64,000 nucleotides of DNA from the human T2T-CHM13v2.0 reference genome, Homo sapiens. Shown here one piece after another: positions 27,222-41,262 of the stretch. The DNA lies in NCBI RefSeq assembly GCF_009914755.1, contig NC_060937.1, one strand, 5' to 3'. The notes below the pieces were generated by a model, which was given only the letters and a program-made list of their open reading frames with translations, did no database searches and was not told the DNA's origin. Made by a program: the position numbers and the translations under genes. Each line of letters begins with the position of its first letter. Position 1 is the stretch's first letter.

Positions 27222-27274
27222 ATACACACATTTAGGTTATTGTATAATCCTGGTGCTACAATTCAAAATCATAA

Positions 27275-27752
27275 TGTTGATAAAACCACAGGAGTGTAAA
27301 GTCAGCTGAGAGAAAGGACGAGAGAGAGAGACCCAAGTTCAGGAAAGCCTTTATTAACCTGCTGGCTGCTCCATTACAGACAGAGGAGGCAGCCCTGAGC
27401 TTAAAAAATGAGGGGTTTATATGGAGGAGAGAGACCCTGGGGTCGTTTATGGGTTAACTTTGCCATATATCACCTTGTGACATTTATGGCAGCTAGATGA
27501 AGGAACTTCGGGAGGATGTAGGTAAAGTTTGCTTATGCTTCCCACAACCTCACCCTGTATGTCCAGATGGTTTGTAATTGGGGTTTGTTTATTGTAGCAA
27601 GACCTTATAGGTAAAGTCTGCTGGCTTCACCAAGGCGCCTAGATAAGGGCTTAGAAAGATAAAAAGGTTTGTGGGGAGGGTTGGCAGCACAGAGAGGTTT
27701 GGGGGGAGTGTTGGCAGTACCAATAAGATTTTTGGGGCAGTTTGTCCCTAAT
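27275..27752 (-). mobile_element. 3' LTR of HERV-H/F-group provirus (probably LTR21/HERVFH21)
   Basis: Lies just downstream of env; + strand begins tgttg (CA end on the minus strand); tttatt polyA signal ~27350. Confidence 0.7.
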
Positions 27753-28424
27753 ATTCCAGACTTTTAATAGGTAATAGAAGAGTGTCGCCATTATCTGGTT
27801 GTTGTCTGGCTGCTTCCTGCTGGGAAGGGGCGACAGTTTTGGGGGAAGGCTGGACGGTAGGGACTGCTGTTCTTGGAGCTGTTGGTATTCCTGGAGCAGC
27901 ATCATATCTTGTATTGTCCCGTGGGTGAAGGTTCTGATACGGTCCTGTAAAAACTGGGTGAGAAGGCGTGGGAGACAAGGGCCAAATGCTAGAAAAAGAA
28001 GAATGGTTATGGCCGGGCCTAGGAGGGGCATTAGCCATGGAAACCAGGTACTAAAGGACCAGGATGGCCACGCTGGTCATCGGGAGACGTTGTCCTTAAT
28101 TTTTGTGCTTGGTTCTTTAGTCTTTTCACAGCATCTTGTACTAAGCCAGATTGATTAAGATAAAAAAAACACTGTTCATGTACAAAAAAGCAGAGTTCTC
28201 CTTTTTCAGCTGTTAGTAAGTCTAGGTCTCTGTGGTTTTGAAGAACTACTGCTGCTAAAGAATTTATTTCTGATTGGAGAGTTGTAATAGATTGGACTGA
28301 GGAAAACCAGGGTGCAGGTGCCTGTGCAGTTAGAAGGGAGGCAAATATAGGTTGAGGTATCGCATAGGAAAAGTATGCCTTGACTTGGCAGATAGAACTG
28401 GTTGTGAATGTTAAAAAGATGTAC

Positions 28425-29239
28425 TGAGAGGTGAAGCCAGCTAGATTTCCTGGGTTGAGTGGGGACTTGGAGAACTTTTCTGTCTAGCTAGAGGATTGTA
28501 AATGCACCAATCAGCACTCTGTGTCTAGCTAAAGAATGGTAAATGCACCAAGCAGCACTCTGTAAAAATGCACCAATCAGCGCTCTGTGTCTAGCTAAAG
28601 GATAGTAAACACACCAATGAGCACTCTGTAAAAATGCACCAATCAGCGCTCTGTGTCTAGCTAAAGGATTGTAAACGTACCAATCAGCACTCTGTAAAAC
28701 AGACCAATCAGCACTCTATAAAATGGACCAATCAGCACTCTGTAAAATGGACCAATCAGCAGGACATAGGCAGGGACAAATAAGGGAATAAAAGCTGGCC
28801 ACCCCCAGCCAGCAGTGGCAACCCACCCAGGGTCCCCTTGCACGCTGTGGAAGCTTTGTTCTTTCGCTCTTCACAATAAATCTTGCTGCTGCTCACTCTT
28901 TGGGTCCGCACTACCTTTATAAGCTGTAACACTCACTGCGAGGGTCTGCAGCTTCATTTCTGAAGTCAGCAAGACCACGAACCCACCAGGGGGGAACAAA
29001 CAACTTCAGGGGCGCCACCTTTAAGAGGTGTAACACTCATTGTGAAGGTCTGTGGCTTCACTCCTGAAGTCAGCGAACCCGCCAGAAGGAAGAAACTCTG
29101 GCCACATCTGAACATCTGAAGGAACAAATTCCGGACACACCATCTTTAAGAGCTGTAACATTCACTGTGAAGGTCTGCAGCTTCATTCTTGAAGTCAGCA
29201 AGACCAAGAACTCACTGGAAGGAACCAATTCTGGACACA
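28425..29239 (+). mobile_element. LTR12 (ERV9) solo LTR inserted in env
   Basis: tgagaggtgaagccagct...ggacaca; exact TSD gtac; ccaatcagc array; aataaaa TATA-like box; U5 repeats. Confidence 0.95.
28490..28800 (+). promoter_or_regulatory. LTR12 tandem CCAAT (NF-Y) array and core promoter
   Basis: About eight CCAAT boxes followed by gggaataaaagc. Confidence 0.75.
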
Positions 29240-31572
29240 GTACTATTTTGTTATTTTCATACATCTATAATTTTAGGGTCCTGGCTAGGGCTGCTGCTGT
29301 AAGTGATTGTAAAGGGGTGTGTGGTTTAGGCTGGGAGGCTTTGAGGTTCTTTTTTTCCCAGTGTAAGAGGAAGCATTTTGTGTCCACTAAAATCTATCTG
29401 GGAGTGTTGTTGAATGTTGGGATAAAGAGACCCGTTGCAGGTGGTGGGTGCAGGGGATGGTGCATGGAGAGGGGAGCCAAAGGAAGAGGCATAAACAGGG
29501 AAAGTGTCGGCCTTTGCAGTGCTCTAAATTTTTATTAAGGAGGTGGCAGGTGTCAAGGGCCAGGGGGGCAGCTAGAGAAGCCAAGCCTGTTTTTATTGTT
29601 GGCAGCTTTGAGACTAGTATGTTTGGTGGAAGGTTTGAGTTGTAGGGTATAGTTGCCAAGGGGAATGCCAGAGGGTAGATGTCGTTGGACGCACAGTGGG
29701 GCTGGATAGGATAAGATTGTGTGAGTTGTTATGGCTCCTGATATGGGTTTATCAGGGCTGCTGTAGGGGGATAGGATGCGTAAGTAGGGATGTAAGGTTG
29801 TAACAGCTGGACCGAACTAGCTACCTAATGGGGGTGGGAGGAGATTTCTGTTAATGCCTGTATGTCGAGTTTGAGGGGGTTGTTAATGAGGATTTCAGGA
29901 TGGTAGTTTACTTGGGTGGAAGTCCAGTTATAGGCTGAGGCAGGGATTGTATTGTATGTTGTGGAGAGGAGGGATACGCAGAGCCAGCAGTCTTATGCCA
30001 GGGAGGAATTGGAGTTTTTTAATAAGAAATGTGTGAGACTGAGTGTTTTGTATAGGTGTTCAGGGGTTGTAGGTGTTGGTTGGGCTGAAAGAAGGGTTGG
30101 GGTATTGATTATGAGGTGAGTTAGAAAGGCAGAGAGTGAGCAGAAAAGTAAATAGTTCGGTTTTACCTGGAGTGAAGCCACAGAGAGAGCCCCGGAAGAA
30201 AAGGTCGGTTATCCACTTGAAAAAGGCTTCTAGGGTGTAGTTCCGTGGGCGGAACCAGGAAATATCTTGTGTGAGGACGTGAAGTAAGAGAGTGAAGTGG
30301 CAGGATAGACAAAAGTAGGGCATCTAGGGGGATATGGGAATGTTTGTTAGTGATTGTGATTTCTGCTATAAGGGTAACGATTAGGCAGAAGGCTAAAATG
30401 AGGGAGACTTTTTGGCTAGTATTCCGATTGGAAGGAGTTACATTATATAATTTCACTGTAAACAATAGGGTGAGTAGTATAATAAATGGGGAATGGAGGG
30501 CTCCTTGAAAGGAGGTAACAGAGCATATACGACAGTTTGAAGTTATGTTTCTTAGTAAGGTTAATAGGTGAAGGGAGAAGAAATATGGGCGGCAGAGGAG
30601 TTACAGGGGATGTGCATCACTATGGAAGGATTGGTGGAGAGATGTTAGGATTTTGTTGGATTGGCCCTGGGGAAGGACTAACTTCTGGTCTTTAACTATC
30701 TATTCCCCCTGGAGGAAGGCTCCTTGTTGTTGTAATAAGGTCTTTTCAGTGGGGGGAGCATTGGGGTTGCATTGCAGGGGTAATGAGGGGGAGGGAGGAG
30801 CGGAAGAAAGGGAGGCTTCTTTTGCTGCCTCATCGGCCTTTGTGTTCCCTCTTGAGATTTTATCTGTTCCTATTTGATGTCCCTGACGGTGTATAACTCC
30901 CGCTTCAGTTTTGAGGTGTGAGGCCTGAAGGAGTTGGTAAATAAGGGGACCGTTAGTGATGGGGCTCCCTTTGGCAGTAAGAAATCCCCTCTCACGCCAG
31001 ATGGAAGAATGTGATATGCACATTTGGAGTCTGTGTAAATGTTGACTTGTTTGCCTTTGGAAAGGGTTAGGGCTCTGGTGAGAGCTATGATTTCTGCCTT
31101 TTGAGAGGAGGTTCCTGGAGGTAGGGGTTTAGCTCTAATTACCCGGTCAAGGGAAACAACTGCATACCCAGCAATTTTGCGGGAGTCAGTGGGCCCAGAA
31201 CAGGAGCCATCTATAAATAGCTGGTCATCAGGGTTGATGAGAGGCTCGGAGGAAATATTTGGAAAGTGTGGCTGCAGGTGATCTAGGATGTCAGTGCAAG
31301 AATGAGTAGAAAGGGAAGAAGATACAGGGAGTAAGGATGCTGGGTTGAGGGAAGTGCTTTTGGCAAGACTAAATTTGGGATTTTTGATAAAGAGGGTGCG
31401 GAGTAATTGAATTCGGGAAGGAGGAAGGAAGCCTAATGTTCGGGAGGAAAGGAGATCCTGCATATTATAAGGACTGTAAATGGTGGTATTTTGGCTGAAT
31501 GTTAGTTTTCTGCTTTTTTAGAGTTAAAGTGGCCGCTGCTGCTAGCGCTCTAAGAGAGATTGGCCACCATCT

Positions 31573-32295
31573 TGTAACGCCTAAGGTTCTTGCCTAGCCA
31601 CACCAAAGAATTGGTGTAGCAGCTGACCATGGCAAGTGATAGAGACACGGACTGAGAGAGAGAAAAAGCTGTAGGCTTTATTGAGCAGAGTGAAAGTACA
31701 AAGCTTCCACAGCATGGAAGGGGTCCCGAATGGGTAGCCACTGTTGGTTTTGGGTGATTGCCTTGTCAATTTTTCAAGGCAGGAGATACGTGAGGCGGGA
31801 AGCTTGTTACAGGAGGGAGAAACAAAGGTAGTAAAATATTTTGTGACATATCTTAGATTTTGAGGAAAACCAGAATTGCAACTTAGGTTTTATCTACTTT
31901 ATGACTTTGCAGTGGCATGGCAAAGGAGACAGGATCTTACAGGACTTTACAAAGTATGTTTATAAGGAATTGGAATTGGGAGTATAGATAAGCTCTGCTG
32001 GTCACAGAAAAACAGGCAGTTAACATTCGTTTTACTTTAGTTTCGGGGGAGGGGGACGGGAGAGAGGGAGAGAGGAAAAGAAGGACATGGAAACTTACAG
32101 TGAAATTTTCGTTGTTTATAGCTTTCTTGGGGAAGAAAACACATGCACAAATCCTGGTGTAAGGAATATTTTAAGCATATATCTTCAATATCATTCATCC
32201 AGGACCGAGGTAAGTCCTGATGCAGGAAATGAGTGAGTTTCACAGCTTTCTGAGCCCCTATTCGACCCAGGAAGCCCAGCTGGCACCTCCTCTCA
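31573..32295 (-). mobile_element. LTR30 solo LTR inserted in pol
   Basis: Minus strand starts tgagaggaggtgccagctgggcttcctgggtcg and ends ...gttaca; TSD atct/ctct. Confidence 0.85.
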
Positions 32296-32923
32296 CTCTG
32301 CCTGTGTTGTTTAATTGTTTAGAAGGTAGGCTCCAAGGAGCGAAGGAAGGAGGATTTCCTTTCTGTTGTCCTAAGACACCGAGGTCTATTCCTCAGCTTT
32401 TGGCAGTATAGATAGTGAAAGGTTGGGAGATATCAGGTAAGGACAGAGCTGGTGCAGTGACTAGAGCAGTTTGGAGTTTGTGGAAGTTGGGGAGTATATT
32501 ATGTGAGGGATTTAGGGGTTCATTGAGAGGGCCTTTGGCCACTTCATAGAGGGGGCGAGCTAGGAGGGCAGAGTTGGGAATCCATATTTTTAAAAAGCCT
32601 GCTACCCCTAGGAAAAAAAATGATTTTGCTTCGGGAGGAGGGCAGGGGTAGATTATCTGTTAATGCTGCTCGGGCTGGGGTCATAGCTTGGGCCCCAGGG
32701 GAAAGCCGAATTTCTAAGTAGGTCACCATGCAGGTGGAGAGTAGTGTGGAGTTTTGAAAGGATGTCTCTGCCCAGGAGCAGAGTTGGACATAAGGGCAGG
32801 ATTAAGGAAGAGTAAGTGAAGGAGAAGTTGTGTAGGGAGCAGAAGAGTGGAGGGGTGGCTCGGGGTTTGGAGACTTGTCCATCAATTCCTACAGCAGAGA
32901 CCTGGGAGGACTTGGTGGGTCCT

Positions 32924-33066
32924 CCAATCCTTTAGCTAGACACAGAGCCCTGATTGGTGCATTTTTACAGAGTGCTGATTGTTGTATTTACAATCATTTA
33001 GCTAGACACAGAGTGCTGATTGGTGCATTTGCAATCCTTTAGCTAGACACAGAGTGCTGATTGGTG
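32924..33066 (-). mobile_element. Internal fragment of an LTR12-type CCAAT repeat array
   Basis: gctagacacagagtgctgattggtg repeats; no LTR termini. Confidence 0.8.
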
Positions 33067-33080
33067 TATATATACACACA

Positions 33081-33930
<850 letters not shown>

Positions 33931-33935
33931 CTTTA

Positions 33936-34895
33936 CACTCATATGTTGCTTAATGAAGGAGATACCTTCTGGGAAATGCATCGTTAGGCAATTTCATCAC
34001 TGTGCAAACATTCATAGAGTGTACTTACATGAACTTAGATGAGACCACCTACTACAAACCTAGGCTATAAGATATAGCCTGTCGCTTCTGAGCTACACAC
34101 CTGTACAATGTTGCAGTACTCAATACTGTAGGTAATTGTGACACAACAGTAAATATTTGTGTATCTAAACATATCTAAATGAAGAAAACGTATGGTAAAA
34201 ATACAGTATAAAATAAATTGGTACACCTGTATAGGGTACTTACCATTAATGGAGCCCACGAGACTGGAAGTCGCTCTGGGTAAGTCACTGAGTGAGTGGC
34301 GAGTGCTTGTGAAGGCCTAGGACATTTCTGCGCACACCAACATAGACCTTATAAACACTGCACACCTAGGCTACAATAAATGTATTACAAAATTTTTTTC
34401 TTTAATAATAATTTAACCTTAGTTTACTGTTACCTTTTTACTTTTTAAACTTCTTAATTCTTTCTAACTTTTTGACTCTTCTTATAATACTTAGCTTAAA
34501 ACACAAACACATTATACCATTATACAAAAATATTTTCTTTATATTCTTTTTCTATAAGATTTTTCTTATTTGTAATTTTTTTGTAACTTTTTAAACTTTT
34601 TATGTTAAAAACCAAGACCCAAACACACACCATAGCCTGGACCTACACAGGATCAAGATCGATATCACTGCCTTCCACCTCCACGTCTTATCTCACTGGA
34701 GGGCTTTCAGAGGCAATAACAAGCATAGAGCTGTCATATCCTATGATAGTAGCACATTCTTCTGGAATACCTACTGAAGGATCTGCCTGAGGCTGTTTTA
34801 CACTTAAATTTTAAAAAATAAGCAGAAAGAGTATACTCTGAAATATCAGTAAAAGTATAGTATAGTAAATACATAAACCAGTAACATAGTAGTTG
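33936..34895 (+). mobile_element. Tigger3-family DNA transposon (3'-truncated)
   Basis: ttctgggaaatgcatcgttaggcaatttcatc; actggaagtcgctctgggtaagtcactgagtgag. Confidence 0.85.
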
Positions 34896-36524
34896 AATGG
34901 AAAAGTGAAAAAAATGTATGTACTTAAAAAGAAGGCCTAATAGTGGTTGAAGGGTTGACTAAAGACAAATGACAAGGGCATAGTCAAGAGCAAAACAATA
35001 GCAAGTGTAAGGGGTGTAGGGATCACACAAGTCAGAGCAAAGGAGTGTTGCCTCATGGGTGGTAAATCAAGCTACCTTTATTGGCAAGTGCATTATGACA
35101 GTATTGTCCTCTGCAAATATAAAATAGATGAGAAAATGCAAAGCAGAACAGGTCAGCAGTTGGAGTGAAAAGCAAAGGATAGCAATACTAAGGTCTTGTT
35201 TTGGAAGGATATTATCTTCCTGGATAGGAAGACTAAGGTCTTCCCCAGGACAATGGAATACTAAGTGTTTTGTTGCTGTCTTCATTAATTTAAAGAGATT
35301 CTCATAAAAAAAGAGAGAACAATGACATTGGGGAATTTAATCTAAAAATTGTAATTTACACAAACATGTTTTACGTGTTGGAGAAAAATATAGTCATGAA
35401 GTCCTCCTTTTTAGTGTCTACATATATTTTAACTTTTCCAAACTCAGATTTTCAGCATGGAAATTAATCTTGGTTTTATGGATAAATAGTAAATATACAT
35501 GCAAATTTAAATTTATATTATTTATAAACATATACAGTCACAAATGTAAGTTCTTTACACAAGTATGTCTGCAAATGAGTGTGTATGTGCATATGTAAGG
35601 GTTGTTTAATAGCACTGGAAATTAGTGTCTTCTTATTTTTCTTACAATATTATCTCCAATGGGATGCTTGTTTTGCTTGTCACCTCTTGTAGCTTGTACT
35701 AAGTGAGAAGATAGAATCACTGATTAACATCTAAGTGTTGTCACTGAGGAACAAACTGTAAACACGAAGGATATTTTCAAGGTTTTAAAGGCACTTTTTC
35801 TATAGTTTATAAGGACCTGTGTTATGTTCTTATGCATTTTACATCTTTCTTATTATAATAACAACTGAATATAGTGTGAATGAAAAGCTAATTGCATTTT
35901 TTACAATGGAAACTCACTTTTAGTATACCAAAACATAATACATCTTTACTTTTTAAAATGTTAATGAGATTCTTTATCATTATTAATAATAGTTTATTTA
36001 AAATATTATTTTAGGATCAGCTGTGCCAAAGAAAGCATAGAAATATTTACTAATATCTAAATCAAATAACGATAGTAAATTTGCTTTTTATCACCCAACA
36101 TTTCTTCTGCTAGGGAACCTAAGTGTGTCAGAGATTCAAAATTGGGATTCAGTCAACTCTCTGAAAACACCCTATTATGCTAGCATAATGGAACAATAGC
36201 ACTCAGTCGTGGAGCTTCATCTTAAATGGTACATCTATTATTACACTAATGATTGCAAACCATATGGTGTAACCAATAGGGCTGTCTTTAAATACACTAA
36301 TTACATCAACTGCAGGCAATAAAACAGGTGCTAAAACAATGTTCTCACACACTGTTTTTCATTTACAGCTCCATAGAAGACCTTTAGTAGAGAGATTGGA
36401 ATCCCAATCTATTTCCATAGACTCTCATTTGACATTTAAAGATCCTGCATAGCTATCCAGTCAACTCCAATTTAAACAACAAATATGCTATTTGTTAGTA
36501 AACCTAGAAATAGATTGTTTAAGT

Positions 36525-36566
36525 GAGGATTAATGGATGAAAGAAGAGGATTAATGGATGAAAGAA
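36525..36566. repeat. Perfect 21-bp tandem duplication
   Basis: gaggattaatggatgaaagaa x2. Confidence 0.95.
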
Positions 36567-36659
36567 TTTAAAGCAAATGATGTCAATGTTTATTGGGAGT
36601 TCTTTAGTCAATTTTACCTATTATATGTTGTGCCATTCTCCATTTATAGATCATTTTAT

Positions 36660-36905
36660 ATGAGTACACTTAAAGTCAAACACATTGGGGTCAAATTCTG
36701 GTCTTGGCTTAGAATTTATTATCTCTAAGTATTTGAGAATGTTATTCAATATATCTCTGACTCAGTTTCCTCAGTTTTCTCGCATATTTAATGGTTTAAG
36801 TCATTATAACAAACTCATAGGGCTGTTTTGAGGATTAAGTGAGGTGAGTCTTCTAACCTGTATTAAACCCCTGCTTGGCATAAATACCAAATAAATGCTA
36901 GCTAA
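36660..36905 (+). mobile_element. MIR
   Basis: ctctgactcagtttcctc, gggctgttttgaggattaa, aataaatgctagc. Confidence 0.8.
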
Positions 36906-38221
36906 TATCATAAAATAATTACATTGTAGGCACAAATACACTAAAAATATGTATCCTTGTAAATATACACTAAAAAATGTTTAAAAAAGGTAATATGTTC
37001 TAGAATAAATTGTAGATATTATCTTTACAGATATTGATATTATCTAATACCTTATACAAGTTTAAGCGATGTAAAATATTCATTATCTAGTTATATATTT
37101 TTTTCCAATAACAAAGCATTTAAAATGAAGCTTGTATAGTCAGATTGCAAGAAAAAAAGTGTATATAGAAGAATTAGCAAACAAATTGCCTATTTGCAAA
37201 CTACTGTTATATTAGTGACCTAAAATGAAAATTGGTTCTCAAATTACTAGTCTTTAATGAGATAACAACTTTAATGAGAGAGTAAGTAGTAACCAGCATG
37301 TTGGGGAATAGGAAAGCACAGTTGGTCAAAAATCTCTATTAAAGGATGTTACTGCTTTACTTAGGCTGAAATAACATGGTGGGGAGGAGGCTATGGGGTT
37401 TCTGGCAAAAACATGCAATTTTGGAGTCCACCCAGTCTCTATCGCCCATGGGTTTGCAGGCGTTCCTGCGGGTTTTGCTCCTGGACATGATGATCCTTCC
37501 TACCACTGCTTCTCTCACAGCAAAGTCTCAGCATCCTTCCTTTCAGATTTGTCTGACATTGACCTCTTCTCTGTGAGAGATTAGGAGGTAATCGCCATGT
37601 CAAAAGAATATTTATGGAGAATTCATTTAGCCACAGCATTAAGTTACTATAATAAATCTCCAGAATCATACGAAGATATTGGAACTTGCTGCCAGGGTTT
37701 TGAAACTTCCAGTTGGTCAAATGTCAGTTAACATGAAGTAGCAGGTTCAGTGAATTTACAGTATGCCATGAAATCACTTTATATGATGCAGCAGCAGGAG
37801 ATCCTTCGCTGTCTTTTAGCCATATTCTCCATCAGCAGTTAATATTATCAACACTGCCAATATGTTTCTCCCTTTCTTTCTTTCTTCCTCCCTCCCTTTC
37901 TCCTTCCCCTACTTTCTTATTTTCTTGGTTCCTTCCTTCCTTTGTTCCTTGTTTCCTTATTTCCTTTTTAAATGTCTTTCCTCATTCTCCCTATTTATCC
38001 AACTATAGTTCTTTTAGAAATGATATAGTTGGAAGAACATGGAACCAAGATAATAGTGTCTTAAACCATAGAATTTCTTAAGAAGGATTCTTGATGAAGG
38101 CAATCTCGGGCTTGTTCAGCAGCCTAATATCACCATTAAGAAGCTTTCCATTTTTCTCATCTACTATCTCTTTGTATATTGGTCTTTTGTCCTTGAATGT
38201 TTTGTGATTCTTCATCACATG

Positions 38222-38593
38222 TGATATGGTTTGACTTTGTCCCCACCCAAATCTCATCTTGACTTATAGCTCCCATTATTCCCATGTGTTGTGGGGAGGG
38301 ACCTGGTGGGAGATAATTGAATCATGGGGGTAGTTTCCCCCATACTGTTCTCGTGGTAGTGAATAAGTCCTATGAGATCTGATGGTTTTATAAGGGGAAA
38401 CGCATTTTGCTTGTCTCTTATTCCCTCTTTTCGGCCGCCATGTGGTCTTTCACCATGAAGGCCTTTCTCATCCTGTCATGATTGTGAGGCCTCCCCAGCC
38501 ATGTGGAACTGTGAGTCCATTAAACCTCTTTTTCTTTTTAAATTTCCCAGTCTCAGTATGTCTTTATTAGCAGCGTGAAAACAGACTAATGCA
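38222..38593 (+). mobile_element. THE1 solo LTR (inside an older MLT1-like remnant)
   Basis: tgatatggtttg...cagactaatgca; TSD acatg/atatg. Confidence 0.92.
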
Positions 38594-39949
38594 ATATGAC
38601 CTCCAAAGGTCCAAGAACCGCATCACTCTTGGAGCGGGAGGAAAGGGAAAAAAAATCAGCACTTCGTCCATTTAAAAGGAAGCAAATATTTTCCCAAGCC
38701 TCAACGTGGACTTCCTTCAGAGTCTCATTGGCCAGAACTTTGTCACACAGTAATCCCTAATTGTATGGAAGTCTAGAAAAGTAAGTGGCATTTTAGCTTC
38801 TTGCTTACTGTGAAAAAACATGAGGGAAAAAATGCTGTATACTAAGAAAACCTACAACTGCTACCTAGTAGAAAAAAAGTAAGCAGAATGTAAAAATAAC
38901 TTTAAAAATTAGAAAGTTAATCTTTTAATTATAAAAGAACTTCTGGAATATTTTCTTCCACAGGAAAAAATAAATTCTTCTCAATAAGGCTTGTATGAGA
39001 TGCTAGCTGATAGGCAAATATATAACATACACCCTTATGATTGATATCAATTATTTTGGACCTTTCTAGGAATGTTGAGGACAAGCAGTGTAATTTAGTG
39101 CTGTTCTTCAACAGCGATGGCTAGCTGGACTCATCAGTATAAATTCACAATATCCTCTGTGCTGTTGGGTTTGGTTCAGGTTTTCTTCTATCCACTTCTG
39201 GATATTATGCTTTACATTCTTCTTGAATTATTTCATGTGTAGTTATTGTTTTTCTATCAGCAATATTTGCTCCTTGTGAAAGTTTTGATATTTTGTACTT
39301 AATATTTCCTTTTATGTTGACAGGATGCTATCAATCTCTGTCAGTAACTGAAGAAATGATTGATTTAATTACTGAACATATCTGACATGACACTGTATAT
39401 TTTAATTAAGTTTATATATAAGCAATGGAGTTTAAAAAGAGTGTTTTTGTTATCCAAAGAAACACCTGAAGTGATGACATTAAAAGACTCTAAGAAATAA
39501 ACATGTTTTGTTTTTCACATATTAAATTACCTGGTAGATGGCATGCGATAAACACTGTTGGACTTACTACCAGAACAGCAGCACACAATTGTGTATTTCT
39601 AGGTCTGCTAATCAGAGAAAGTGACTTCAAGGGCCACTGTCTCTTTCATGGCTTGTTCTTCATATAAAGGCCACATAAGTTGTACACCAGTTTGTGAAAC
39701 TTCATATATATATATATGTAATCTTACTAATGTGATCTAATTAGTTTTGCTATGATGAAAATTAGAAAAAATTACTTAGACACAGTATATGTAGTGGTAC
39801 GTTGGTAAATCAGCCCTAATGGAAAGGGGGGAAAAGTTTTGATTTAAATTCTTTGCTAATTTTTTGTGATATAAATGCCCCAGACATGGTCAATTCAAAC
39901 AATGAATGATTTAACTAGTGGCTTGCTCAATTCCTATTTGCCAAGTGGC

Positions 39950-41045
39950 TCTCAGGAGCCACTGTCAGCCACATCCAGTTCCAAGGCAATAAGTTTATTG
40001 ACTCCTATGGCTACCAGACTCCCAAGTTGTTGAGAAAACAGGCTGATAAACCTACTCATCTGTAAACACGTGCTACCTTTTAAGAATAAGGAAGAATGAC
40101 TCAGAGGCCAGATGCAGAGGCCAAAGCCGTGGATGCAGAGGGTAGAGCTATTAGGCACAGAGGATCATTTCTATACTTGGAATCCTAGTGGAATGTACGG
40201 GATATTTAAAATTTTTTGGAATTGGTCATCCTTTTTTCCTTGATTGTTTTGGAATGGGAACATAAATAACTGTTATTCTATGCTTCCTTCATCATTGTAT
40301 TTTGGAAACAACTAATTGTTTTCTAGATCCACAAATCTACAAATGGAGAGAAATTTTGGTGCAGGATGGATTTTACTTAGAGTCTTGCCTATAATAATTT
40401 AGACAATTTAGATAATAAGATTTGAGAGTTTAAAATTGATTATATTTAGATAAGATTTTGAACTTTAGCTGATGCTGTAGTTGTTAGAGCTTATGACAAT
40501 GTTGGGATTGGGGTGAATGCATTTTGCATTTCGCATGGACATAAATTTTGAGAGTTCACAGGGGAGACTGTGGTAGGTATATAATGGTTTCTCAAAAGAT
40601 ATCCATGCCGTAATTCTTGGAACTAGTAAGTATTAATTTATATGGTAAAACAGACTTTGCAGATGTGATTAATTTAAGGATCTTGAGATGGCATGACCAT
40701 TTTATGTTATCTAGGTGGACTCTAAAGGCAATACAAAATATCCTTAAAAGAGGAAAGTAGAGGAGGATTTGACATAGAAAGAAGAAAAGGTAATATGACC
40801 ACAGAGGCCAGAATTGAAGTGATGCAGCCAGAAGACAAGTAATGCCAACACTCATCAGAAACTGGAATAGGAAAGGAATAGATTCTTCCTAGCGCCTCCA
40901 GAGGGAGCACATTTTGGCCAATAGCTTGATTTTGACTGAATTAAACTGATGACTTTGGACTTCAAAACTTAAAAGAATAAATTTTTGTTGCTTTAAGCTA
41001 GCCAGTTCATGGTAATTTATCCACAGACACCTTAAGAACTAATAA
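39950..41045 (+). mobile_element. MLT1 internal 3' part plus MLT1D-type LTR (LTR from ~40569)
   Basis: ggggagac purine tract then tgtggtagg; gactttgcagatgtgattaa; ends aactaata. Confidence 0.75.
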
Positions 41046-41064
41046 AATGTCCAAATATAGTCTA

Positions 41065-41262
41065 AACAATATGGTGAGACCCCATCTCTACAAAAGATAC
41101 AAAAATTAGGTGGTGTGTGCCTGTAGTCCCAGTTACTTGGGAGGCTGAGGTGAGAGGATCAACTGAACCCAGGAGGTCGAGGCTGCAGTGAGCAAAAATC
41201 ATGCCACCATACTTCAGCCTGGGCAGCAGAGTGAGACCTGGTCTAAAATAGGGGGAAAAAAA
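41065..41262 (+). mobile_element. 5'-truncated AluJ
   Basis: TSD aaaatgtccaaatatagtcta / aaaatgtccaagtgtagttta. Confidence 0.88.

Larger units (their letters stand above)
27753..32923 (-). mobile_element. HERV-H/F-group internal region: partial pro, deleted pol, env
   Basis: RNase H FIDGS..AGYAVVS..SSQKAEIIALTRAL..NIYTDSK (30870-31463); env TM PLLGPAITILLFLAFGPC; ISD-like LAAVVLQNHRDLDLLTAEKG ~28200-28262; protease-end LLGRDIL ~32755-32780. Confidence 0.88.

Noticed and set aside
28490-28770. Regularly spaced repeats resembling a CRISPR array
   Set aside because: These are the LTR12 U3 CCAAT repeats. The spacers are not unique, there are no cas genes, and the DNA is primate.
27651-30180. 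Intact, syncytin-like env
   Set aside because: Interrupted by LTR12 and broken by stops and frameshifts; only fragments are open.
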